Source of the DNA: Perna viridis
Lineage: Eukaryota
Assembly: GCA_037379345.1 (NCBI GenBank)
Contig: CM074513.1
Location: 26,040,001 to 26,104,000 of the forward strand
DNA: 64,000 nucleotides
Direction of reading: 5' to 3'
Under the pieces are notes generated by a model that saw only the letters and a list, made by a program, of their open reading frames with translations, had not been told where the DNA came from and made no database searches. This document shows, piece after piece, positions 52,526-64,000 of the stretch. Each line of letters opens with the position of its first letter. Position 1 is the stretch's first letter. The position numbers were made by a program, and so were the translations under genes.

Positions 52526-55500
52526 ATATAGACATAAGAGTTCAAAATTCGTACATAATCGATCTGACGAATTACAACTAAATTGTTGTCTTTCAAAGGC
52601 AGATCAACGACCGCCTCATCCGTTCTACTCCAGCAGTGCTAGAGGTTGTCTGGCAAGCTATTTTCTGACTTGGTGCCATCCTAACTGCACAGTTAGCTTA
52701 TGTAATTAAGATGCTCCGACAGAAGCCAAATGAAATGATATGAATGGCGGGGAAAACGATTTTTGCCCCTACAAAGGAATATCAAGTTGTATCATTGTAA
52801 AAAACCAGCAAACCAGTGCACCTAACATCCGTATCTAAAATATGTTGGCCTATTTTTACTATCATGCGTTATGTAAGAGATTGCAAGAACAAAGTTTCAC
52901 ACTGTGACATACATTTTCCCCGGCATCACTATTTACAACCTGGTTATGTTAACTAAAGACTCGAGTCATAACTGCAGATATTCTAACATTATCATTTTGA
53001 ACATTAGGTGCAATATACACATGGTATAGTTCTTCAGAATTTATCTTAGCAAGGAGAGGATCCAGAGAGGGTTTCGGAGGGAAAAAGGGGATGGAACCAC
53101 ATCTTTCTGGACAATTTTGAAAGTTTTGCAAAAAAATTTTTGACAAAAAGGAGCATTCTGGAATCTACTTTTCAATATCTAAAATCTATGGATCTACAAT
53201 AAGAGTTTCTTGCAAAGATGTTTACCCTACCATTGTAATTGGTCCATTCTTCAAGTCCATATTGTTTATTTACTTTTAGTTTAATGCATGTTTTGAAATT
53301 TATTGCTATCTCCGTTATCTATTGCCCAGCCACGTTCTTAAATAAACCTTTAATCCTGCGTATCCTAGATTTATGTGAGAAGGCCTACATAGGCTTTGTC
53401 TGATGTATAATCCTTTAAAATTATATTGAGTTGAATATGCTTAAAACTACATGTTATTTAACTCACTTTCATCATCACAAAATTCATTCAAAACTTTGCT
53501 AAACTGAAAAAGCTAATTCTAGTCAATCAGCTTTAACCCAAAGTGCTAAAGTATATTCAGGCTAAATATATCTATACCATTGCTGGATTAATATTAACTT
53601 TTTAACACTAAACATCAGCAATTTGTTTGTTAGTAAGAGTTACCTCTACCCTGCAACAATCCTTTTTAATTTGGACGTTGATAAACTGACACATCAATAT
53701 CAAAATAAAAAGGAGATGGGTTGCATTTGGACTTCCAGTTTGTAAAACATAGTATAAAAGCATTGTAACAGACTTAATACATATATTAAAGCATGCAGTA
53801 TTTTCAACCATACAAAAAAGTATCCTCTGAACTCTTAGTTTCTGGAGAATTTACATACAAAGGGAGACAATCTAAAACAAAAGTGAATTTCCAAAAAATT
53901 CATATATTTCTTTTTTTCTAATACTAAATTCTTAAAAGTATTCAATATATTTAGAGCTGTGAATGGTATCTGAAATATATACGGAATAAAACACAACTCA
54001 TTAATTATTTATTTACATCCATATAAAATAAAATAAAATAACAAATATGTTGATCGAACAACAAAACAAAACTATCATACAATTATTTACTTCTGTTTAC
54101 CAATATTCTTAAATGGATTATGATTTTACTGAAATGACTAGTTAGAATGATGCATATATTACAACTAAATTAGTGTTTACTTCAACAGTTTGGTTTTTAC
54201 TGAAAGCAAGACTCCAAATTATGTTGAAATAGAAAGACAAGAATGTCAGCCTTCCAAACCAAAATGTGTTGTATTACTGGTTGAATGGTAGATATCTCAT
54301 TATGAAATATGATGATGCAGTGTCATTCTGAAATTTAAGAAAAAAAGAGAATAAATGGATATTTCTAATCTTTATAACAAAAAAATGTCTGTCCTTCAAA
54401 CATATGAACATTTGCTTTTTTAAAATAAATTAATATAAGAATAGGAATAATCATCCTCTACACTAAGAACATTTATATTCATATTTGATAAAAGTTTAAA
54501 GGAAAATAGTCATTAAAGCATGTATCACACTCTTCAAATCTTTCAAGGGTGTATAGCAAAGATATGCATCAAACACTAAAATGCACAAAGAATGATGTAT
54601 CTTGAAGTAAGTTTAAATTTCAAAAAGATTGGGGGGGGGGGTGGATTGCCAATGATTTTCTAAATAATTATCCATAAGCATATTTCTCCCTTAGGATTCA
54701 CCAATGGCATAATACATTGTTCTCCAACAGTAAATTAAAGGTTCAGATACTTACAATGTATTTAATTACACCTAACAAGACTGTCTAGTATCTTTGATGG
54801 TTAGGATCCCCTTCCCATTCAGCTTGTATCACTCTTATCAAGTCAGTTGGTAATGCTGGTCCCATCAATGGATTTAACTGGAAAAGGTATGCTAGCAGCC
54901 AACTGAAATTCAAGAAAAAATCTGATTATATGTGGTATTTATTAAAAATCTAATGCTGATACAATACTTTTATTATTACTGTAATACAAGCTAGAGAGAC
55001 TAAAGAAAGGACAACACAGAAATGAGTAGCACAATTACGACTAAAAGCAAGGCTGAACTCTGTACAAGTACAAGCAGTCCCTACTTCTACCAAAACATCC
55101 ACTATATAGTACTCACAATAACCAACAGCATGCAGCAGACATAGCCAGCATTAACTGTACAACTCTGAAAACAAATTTACATGTATTAAATTAACATGTA
55201 TGAAGAATTTTGTTCAATGTTAAATTAATTATGGATAAAGCAGAATTAAGACCAAAAACATAACAAAATCAATAAGCAGGACAAAAATTGATACTACCTC
55301 ATATGTTGGACCCTGAACAGTCGGGACATAACAAAACTATTGATTTAAATTGTGATTAAATGACAATATTTAGAACAGGATTGAAGTGGTCAAAGAACTT
55401 CAAAAACTTGCAATTATATATAAGATTAAGAAAAAAAAATGTTTTGCATGGCACAGCTTCATACATCAGACCACAAATGTTGAATCTTGTACATGATCAC

Positions 55501-58500
55501 AGAATTCAAGCTTGTTACAGTTCTGAATTTTGATTGCAATTAAATATTTGACATAGGATTTGCTGTGAACACAAAGCCTTGAAGGTTGCTCTTAAGTAAG
55601 TTAATATACTTAAACGATTTTTATCAAACAAAAGACATGGTGACTAAAAAAATGTCAATTAAAAATGTGCGACATTCAGAGTTATTTGTTTGAAAATAAA
55701 CAGAGTAAAAATTTGATCCAAATAAAAATAGGCTGCTGACCCCCTTTTTTACCCCAGATTGTTTTACTCCTCGTTTGCTGGCCCTGAATTCCCAAAAGGT
55801 TAGGATAATGACACTTTAAATCAATCAAAACCTTCTTAGAAAAAATTCATAGAGATCCATACACTTTTACTGCCTGGAAACCAGGAAAATGTTTTTTTGT
55901 GAGCTCTTAATTCCTTCATGTACATTTGTACATAAAGCAATCCCAGCCTGACATTGGTGGCATTGTATCTTGTGATACAATTTCAGAGATCCATACACAT
56001 TATCAATTAAGGTATGGCTTGCAGTATTCATGCATCATTCATACATGGACAATTTTCTGTGGACAGAATTTTGGAAGTTAGAGAAGCCCCTGCATGGTCT
56101 CTCCAGAATGTCACCCAACTTTAAAAACTTACTATGGTCAGTGATAGCAATACAGTGATACACTGCAACCGCACATGTACTTTTTAATTGTTCTTTCCAC
56201 CCATTAAGTTGGGTAGAGAGCTGTACAGACATGAAACAATCAGCTATGTTGCAAGATCAAATATGCTTCATAACATGGAGATTATCTCAATAACCTTGTC
56301 CATATTTCTAACTGATGTGTAGTGACACTAATACTGATAGTGAAAGCTTAAGACTTATGTATGTGTCATCTGCTTGGCTTGAACACTTGCACATATCCCG
56401 TAGATACTCATGAATGCAGGGATCTCCAGGGATCAAAATGAACATATAGCCCACTCTCCGGTTGGACAAATTTTCATTGAGGTGGGTGTCCTTTCATGCA
56501 GAAAATAAATAGCCAAAGAAAAAATGATAAGGTTGAATGAATAGCACAAACTACAATAGAAATTAACAATCAACAATGGTAAATCTTTCTGTCTGCATTG
56601 TCTAACTCAATCATACCAAGGTAAAGTTTTCTCTTTGCCAGGCTTGACCATAGGTCCCCAGCACTAGAGACGTTAATATCACTGGCAGGTCTTGTAACTT
56701 GGTTGATACCATTAAACAAGTTCTTTATAATTTAACCACAATAACTTAGACAGTCATTTTTATTGTCCGAATCTGTGTCATTAAACAATCTTTTAAAGCT
56801 TTTGGGAATCGATCCATTACCTTTTCAAAAAAGTTAAGCAAATTGGATTGCCTTTTGGTGACAGATAAATGCAGAGATCGTTAAGACACTGTTGTCTAAA
56901 TTTAAGATCATCTTTCTCCCTCTTCGATCACATCAATCTTTGTCAAATTGAATTAAATTCTTGATACATGTATTTTCCATATTTTATTAAATGATAAGTT
57001 ATCAAATTTTTTTCATTCAAAAATACAGTAGAAATTATTCAGCTTATTTGAATCTTATTGATTTTGTTGACGTTGATACATTTAATAACCAATTTGACAG
57101 ATATGAGATTTATTTACGTATACCTTTCACTCCCTAACACATTAACCCCCGGAAATTACCAATCAAAACATTGTAATATCGGTAGAATAAGCACATGTGC
57201 CAATCATATTGATTTATTTCAGGTAGAAATGATTAATCGGCAAGAGCATTTGGGAAATACAGTGCTGATTTGCAGTGCATGACACCAGTTTGAATGCACG
57301 GCACACACCAAATGAACCCATGGCACAGCACCATGTAAAAAGAGGACATGGAATCCTGGAATGGGTATATGATGCATGTCAAGGTTAAGTTTACTTTGGT
57401 TACATTTATACATCTTTCAACCAATATCTAGTAAAGAATTTCATGATGAACCAACAGCCCAGAAATACGTTTTTCGATGGTATGATTGTTCATTATGTTA
57501 TTTAAACATACCTGAAATAAGTTTTTCATGAACAAAAATTAGTATTTTATGAATATTCATTAAAATATATATGAACAATTTTATGAAGAAATCTCAGTAC
57601 TTTGAAATTATTCATGTTTCTTTCTGATGCCAGACTTCTGTTGGGTAGTTCGAAAGTGTTGTATTATGCAAAAAAACTTTTTTTCATGAAAATACTGATT
57701 TAATATAAATTTAAATAATGTAAGAAGTGAATACACACACACAAAAAAGTATTTTATTGAGATATTTGGATACACTCCTGATTTCCCCCCAAAAAAGACA
57801 GTTTTCGAATATTCCAGGTACCGAAGTGAGAGACAGTATGGAATTGTGTGCTGCAGCGTAGGGGATGATTGCAACAATATTGTCGATCATTGACATTGTT
57901 CAATATTAAAATTGATAACATCATTTATGAGTGTGGGCTCGTCTTAATGAAATAAAAAAAAATCTTGATGAGATTTCATTATTTACAAATCATCAGGCAA
58001 TAACCATCATATGTCAGTCAAAAATTCAGATACATGATGATGTACGTTTTACGATATACCAACATGTACATATCATTTATTTCTGAAATATTTAAAAGGA
58101 AATAGTTGTATACCCTTTATTGGCAGATCTTCGCATGAACAACTGTATGAAGATTGGACATACTATTCCCACAAATGCCCAAAACCCTGTCACAATGACA
58201 ACTGGAAGGGTTTTTCTGTCTACCATCTCGATCGTTTAACAGGAAATTATCATGTGATCGATTTGTTTATTGAACTGGTAAACGACATGTAAGGTGAAGA
58301 GCTAAGTGAGAAAGATTTGGTAACCAGTTTTAATGATCAGATCGGAACAAAAAGTCGTACGAAATCCTTTCGGTAATAATCTGAAAATTTTCCGGAAAAC
58401 AGGCATTTTTGTCAAAGTGTTCTCTTTCAGGTCCGCGCTATTAAAATATTCAGGTGCATTGTATTTTTTTTACAATATCCTTCAATTTATCTGTTGTTAA

Positions 58501-58536
58501 TTTCTTCAAAGATCAAAGACTAGTCGGTGAAAAAGG

Positions 58537-58557
58537 GTCACATGATCAAAAGATGGC
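58537..58557 (+). promoter_or_regulatory. E-box (GTCACATGA) and YY1-like (AAGATGGC) motifs at the PYROXD2 5' end
   Basis: Motifs lie about 20-40 bp upstream of the ATG, in a CpG-richer patch. Confidence 0.4.
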
Positions 58558-58575
58558 AGACGTACACACTGAAGA

Positions 58576-58696
58576 ATGAGATTTTTTCAAAGGAAATTGT
58601 GTGCAAAGCTGCACTCAGCAGCATCACAGAATCTTTCAAGAAAGTGGCACAATAAATCTCTTAAGTCAGAATATGATGCAATTGTCATTGGAGCAG
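58576..58696 (+). CDS. PYROXD2: PYROXD2 exon 1 (mitochondrial-type presequence + YDAIVIGAG)
   Basis: Basic N-terminus lacking acidic residues; start of the Rossmann GxGxxG motif; G|gtaata. Confidence 0.9.
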
Positions 58697-59871
58697 GTAA
58701 TATATTATATGTCATGTCATGCATTATCATGATATCAACATTTTATATTTTCATACAATACATTGATAAGTTTTTTAGGGGATTAATTTATCAGGACCGT
58801 CTTGTATAAAATAGGAAGAAACTCTCAAGTCAAATCAAGTCAAGTAAACTTTATTTAAAGTCGATATTTCAAACAAGAAAACATAACCTCAGTATAGAGC
58901 TTTTAAAATCGACATGAAAAGGCTGCTGTTACACATATGTATATATATATATATGTGTGATGGGAAATAGTACCTGTAAAATTCATAGACAAACTGGGTT
59001 TCCTCAGGACATATCATGTTATTTACGTAAACACTTGAAAGCGTGGACAATTTGTGTTTCTGATGATATTGAAAACAACTTGATTAGACCAGAGGAAACC
59101 AAGTTTATCTGAAGTTATGTCAAGGTCAAAGTAGTTTAACTTTCAGTCTAATCAATTGTAGAAATATGGAGTTTGATTGTACAAGTCCTTATTTTGATCT
59201 AATAAGCAGAATTTGATGGTGATATCTGTATTCGTATATTAGATTCATCCTTTGTTAAGTGATTGCAGAGAAGTTAATAGTAATATGTTCAATTTTATTT
59301 GAAAAAAAAATGATATGAAATGTCTCGGGTGCCCCCAAATCTGGGTTTACCTTTTGTGTTTTAATATACTAATCAGCTGCATATTTGATAGTTAGAACAA
59401 CCCCTGGACTATAGTCCAGGGCATTGTTTTACAAAGCACTTGTAAGACTTACATACATGTAAATTCTTACCAAACCATTGGGACTTATGTTCATGTAAGT
59501 CTTATAATAGCTTTGTAAAACAATGCCCTGAGCATTACCATGGTTGACAATTAATTTTTCATAAGTTAAAACCCCTTTGCACATCTTTGTATCTACATCT
59601 GGCAAAGTTTTGAAATGACAGCAGTGACCTTTACAAATAATTGACTTTGATGTCACTAAAGTGGCATCTGTTATGGCTACTGATGAGCAAGTTGGGTTTC
59701 TAGTAACAGCTGTAGTTTCCAGTTACATATATACTAATGTTTTAGTAAATACTTTTTAACAGGTATGCTATGTTAATACATAAGTGTATGATAATTTGGA
59801 AACAATTTAGATTATTATATGTGACATTATTGATAATTTTCAGACTGGGTGTTTTGGATTTTTTTTTTCAG

Positions 59872-59891
59872 GTCATAACGGCCTTGTCACA
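59872..59891 (+). CDS. PYROXD2: PYROXD2 exon 2, 20 nt (GHNGLVT)
   Basis: ttttcag|GTCATAACGGCCTTGTCACA|gtaagt completes GAGHNGL. Confidence 0.9.
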
Positions 59892-60522
59892 GTAAGTATC
59901 AATTTCTTGATATGCTTTTGAATTTTATTAAGAATAAGAACCAAGCTTTGTTAACCATTGAGAACACAACACATAAAATAGCTTGAGAAGTTGAGATGAT
60001 CTGTGTTCTGTTTAGGTGAAAAGTAAATTATAGTTAGCCAACATGAAATTTATTGGTTGTAACAGGTTATTACCCCTGATGCACTATTTATACCCCCAGC
60101 TTAAAAAGCAGGAGGTATATAGTAATCACGCTGTCCGTCCCGAGTTCTAATCTGCTCTTCTCAAACTGCGGAAATGGAATTTTAGGAAATTTTCACTCAT
60201 TCTTTATAACATTATGCCATCATGCACATCCTGTTTTGTATTCCATATGACTGACTTTTTTTGAACATGGACTATCTTTTAATCCACAACTCTTCTAACA
60301 CCACTAGGTGGAATTTAATGAATCTTTCATACAATGTACATTCTTGGTGCCATTGTGCAACTCCTATTTTGTACTGTATGAATTATAGGTAGGGGAGTGG
60401 GGTGTCGACAAGTGAGCTTTTCTAGTTTTATAAAAGTTGAAATTTGCATAAATGCTGAAGCTGAGGATTTCTGCTAGAAATTTTTTTTCATGTTAACATG
60501 GAAAACATTTCTGCCATTTTAG

Positions 60523-60616
60523 GCTGCCTACCTACAGAAAGCTGGACTGGATGTTTGTGTCTTGGAAAGAAGACATGTCATTGGGGGAGCTGCTGTCACT
60601 GAAGAAATAATCCCTG
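60523..60616 (+). CDS. PYROXD2: PYROXD2 exon 3 ([32 protein letters not shown])
   Basis: Characteristic PYROXD2 / phytoene-desaturase-like sequence. Confidence 0.95.
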
Positions 60617-61102
60617 GTATATATAGTTTATTGCATGGTTTTTAATTAGAGAGGTTACAATGACCCTTATCTACATTATCATGAAAGGAATACTAGTACT
60701 TGAACACTAATATTCCTTGTTCATGGGCCTTTTATTTTTGGTACTTTGCAAACTTATTTATTGACTATTTTAATTAAACATTGGAAAAGGATTTAATCAG
60801 AAAACTACCACCTGCACACAAATAAGACTTGAGAAGGAAAGAAAAAACACAATAATAAATATATAGTGACTGGTTTGAATTTGGAGAATGGGTTATTTTT
60901 ATTATATAGATAGTAGTGATTAAACGAAAGTTCCCAGTGTAAAAATTTTCAATAATCCACACTGTGAAATAAATTCGGTAATTTCACTCTCAGACTTTCT
61001 CCTGTCAAAAGGTCACAACATGTTTATCAATCCACCATTCACAAAATTTAAATTTTATGTTTAAAATAACAACAAATAATGGAGAAAATCTATATAATAT
61101 AT

Positions 61103-61259
61103 AAGATAATCAACTGGTTATCGTGAATTACAAAATATGATCACTCATGCCAAGAACGCATTAAGATTTAACTTGTGTGCGTAACACTGGTTAAATCTTG
61201 GCGCTTTTTGTCACTCACAATCATATTTTGATCATTCACTTTTTCCAATTAATTATCCT
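61103..61259. mobile_element. Palindromic MITE-like element (copy 2, opposite orientation to 14978-15146)
   Basis: Aligns with the reverse complement of 14978-15146. Confidence 0.7.
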
Positions 61260-61513
61260 ATTTTACTGATTTCAATGGACCACTCTTTAGTAATCTTTCT
61301 AAGAAAATATATGATGGGACATTTTCAGCCAGAATGTGATAAATGGTGCATGTCCCTAAATCCTAATCACTGTATATATAATCTAGAATAAAGAGGTTAT
61401 AAAAATACATTTAGAAGAATAATGTATTATGAAGGATGGGTAAAATTTTGTAGTCATATGCAGATGTTTTAGATTGTAGTTATATGTAAGTAGTTTATGC
61501 TTTATACTTTTAG

Positions 61514-61587
61514 GATTTAAATTTTCTAGGGCTTCATATGTTCTGAGTTTGATGAGACCCCAGATTATGTCAGATTTGGAACTTAAG
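61514..61587 (+). CDS. PYROXD2: PYROXD2 exon 4 (FKFSRASYVLSLMRPQIMSDLELK)
   Basis: FKFSRASY motif; canonical splice sites. Confidence 0.95.
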
Positions 61588-61880
61588 GTATACATCTCAT
61601 TATAATGAAATATGGTACATGTTAATATTTAAAAACTAAAGCAGTGGTCTTATATACGTTATAATTAAGTTTTCTTGTTTTTCAATTTAGCCTAGTTATG
61701 GTTAATGTTCTGTTTTATAGCAACATAGCATGTAAAAGGCTTTTGGACTTTTCCTATATACTCTTTATCTCCATCATGAAAGAAAAATAATGTTGGATGC
61801 TTTCCTTTTTACCATATATTGCTTTTTTAGAGGTATTTTATAGACAAGAAATTAACCAGTTGCTTTATCATAACTTACAG

Positions 61881-62036
61881 AAGTATGGGTTGAAAGTTTA
61901 TTTGAGAAATCCAAATTCCTATACACCCTTGATTAAACCAGGAGGGTTAGATGGGAAAGCTAGATCGCTTACAATTGGAAGAGATTCTGCTGAAAATGCA
62001 AGACAAATAGCCCAGTTCTCCACTAAAGATGCAGAG
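61881..62036 (+). CDS. PYROXD2: PYROXD2 exon 5 (KYGLKVYLRNPNSYTP...QIAQFSTKDAE)
   Basis: ttacag|AAG ... GAG|gtaatt. Confidence 0.93.
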
Positions 62037-62500
62037 GTAATTCTATCCTTATTGTTTGAACAGTTGGTTCTTCTGGAACCTTAGATGCATGTTTATTTAT
62101 AACCCTTCAAATAATAAAAAAATACCACCAAAAACTAAAACAACAAACCAACAAAACTGAACTAAAGTAAGAAAAAAATAATACAAATGTATTGGTATAG
62201 TTACTACAATATTTAGGACAAAGAGCTTTGTGTTCCTTTTTCAGAAGATTTCTATGCTTCTAATTTTAAGAGATTATCTCCCTTTAATTAGTTTTATCTT
62301 ATTCAGTTGTGTAATGTAATACTAAAAAAACTACTAAATGTATGCTTAATTTATTTTTGCTGATATTCCTTAGTATTTCAAATTTCTGTTCTGTCAATAG
62401 GAAGAATTATTTCTGTATGCATTAGCATAACTCTATCATACATGGTCAAACAGCTAAATTAGTCTATACATTGCATTGTATGCTTTTTATTTACTCTTAG

Positions 62501-62657
62501 TTGTTTGGGAAATATGAACATATGTTGGAGGAGATAGTTGATGCTATAGAGCCACTCTTAGATTCCAGTCCAGTGTACCTACCCCATGTTTTATCCAGTG
62601 CTACATTGATGGAAACATTGTCACAATTACCTAACATTAAATCTGTTGCAAGTGCAG
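62501..62657 (+). CDS. PYROXD2: PYROXD2 exon 6 (LFGKYEHMLEEIVDAIEPLLDSSP...)
   Basis: ctcttag|TTG ... G|gtaatg. Confidence 0.9.
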
Positions 62658-63575
62658 GTAATGCTATTTCTGTTTGAATTTGTTGTATGATGTTTTTTTT
62701 TTTTGGGTATCTTTCAACAATATCAGAATCATTGAACTAAAATAATAAGTGAGATTATACATGTTTTCCGTAAGTTGAAACTCACAAAAATGTTTTAAAA
62801 TATGCTAATATTGCTTCCTACATATGTTTGAATTGACCAACCTGAGTAACAGATCAGTATTCACAAAACTATTTTTACCCTAATGTTGAATAATTCAAAT
62901 CTGTGTATTTCTAAATCTAATTTTAAACCTACTTTACAGCAAGTCTTAAATCCTTCTCCAGGTGATGGTTGCAACAAACAGATTTGCAGGAAATTACTCA
63001 TTTTTCAACAGAGAATTTTTGAAATTCAGTGTTCATTATTTATAAATAGTGCTAAGATAACGGAATTACAATAGAATTTTCTTATAAAGAAATATCTTGT
63101 CAGATTTAAGAGATAGACAACTCTGATCTGAGATTAAAGCAAAACTCTAGAAAAATCACTGGTTCATTCAATTAAAATATTGAATTTTTGTCAAGCACTT
63201 TTTAGTTATGTTATAATTTTGATCTTTAGTTGGCTAATAATAGTTATACCATATGACGGGTTATATTGCTGGGTGTAAAATTTAGGTGTTTCTCATTTTG
63301 GCGGATGTTTATAGGTGCACAAAGTATATAAGCCCAGAGTAAATATTTCTCAGAATTTATCATGGCCTTTTTAGACAGACTGTTTAGATATGCCAAAATA
63401 AGCACCTTGTGAAAACTACCTGCTGTACAGTAAATCAGACATACAAGAATCAACAGCATGGTTATCTCACCTTTTTGTGTGTTTTCATTATTATTGTTAG
63501 TTTGGTTGAATTTTTTATTCATGTTGCAATTGAATTTTAATTAATCACAATTATATGTATCATCTTATTTTTTAG

Positions 63576-63637
63576 CTCGTAAATTAAAAGAAAATACTGA
63601 AGCATTTACAGAACTGATGACAGCACCGACTACTAAG
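63576..63637 (+). CDS. PYROXD2: PYROXD2 exon 7 (RKLKENTEAFTELMTAPTTK); gene continues past the window end
   Basis: tttttag|CT ... AAG|gtaatt. Confidence 0.88.
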
Positions 63638-64000
63638 GTAATTGCTGAGGAAATGTACTTTTAGCTAAAATGCTTAACTGACATGTTTCCTACTAGGGAT
63701 TTGATTCTCTGGCTCCCAAGAGCTATCTTTTGGAAGAGAATATAAAAGGCAAATGGTTATAATTACAATATGCTATTATACTAACGTATGTAATGTAAAA
63801 AATTCTATTACTGTAGAACATTTGCTTAATAAACATTTATAAGGAATTTCCATTAACTTGTAATATGCCATTATACTGACTGAAACATCACAGGTAAACC
63901 AGAAAAATTCCAGTTTCAGAGGTTGAAGACAGAGATTATCATAAATATTCAGCAATCTCTAAGGCATGAAATTGGTGATACTTCTAAACTGGCATTTTTC

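Overview
AT-rich, intron-containing animal DNA. The repeat families suggest a bivalve mollusc, probably mussel-like (inference). I built three spliced genes by hand from GT-AG sites with consistent phases. (1) Minus strand: an SLK/STK10-family Ste20 kinase, ATG at 27390, running off the left edge. It has candidate microexons and a 195-codon alternative first exon (481-1064) that would give a kinase-less, coiled-coil-only isoform. (2) Plus strand: a complete HSPA12A-like atypical Hsp70 (33032-49464, 10 coding exons, 2805 aa), with about 2200 aa of low-complexity basic/poly-Ser/acidic repeats before the Hsp70 domain, mostly in one 5191-nt exon. (3) Plus strand: the 5' part of PYROXD2, from 58576 to the right edge. 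Between SLK and HSPA12 lies a fold-back pair of decayed Penelope-like retroelement copies. One arm carries dense, strand-specific A-to-G changes that resemble ADAR hyper-editing fixed by reverse transcription. Also present: several MITE, palindromic and Helentron-type non-autonomous repeats, and a CpG mosaic suggesting gene-body methylation. No prokaryotic features, rRNA, tRNA or CRISPR were seen.
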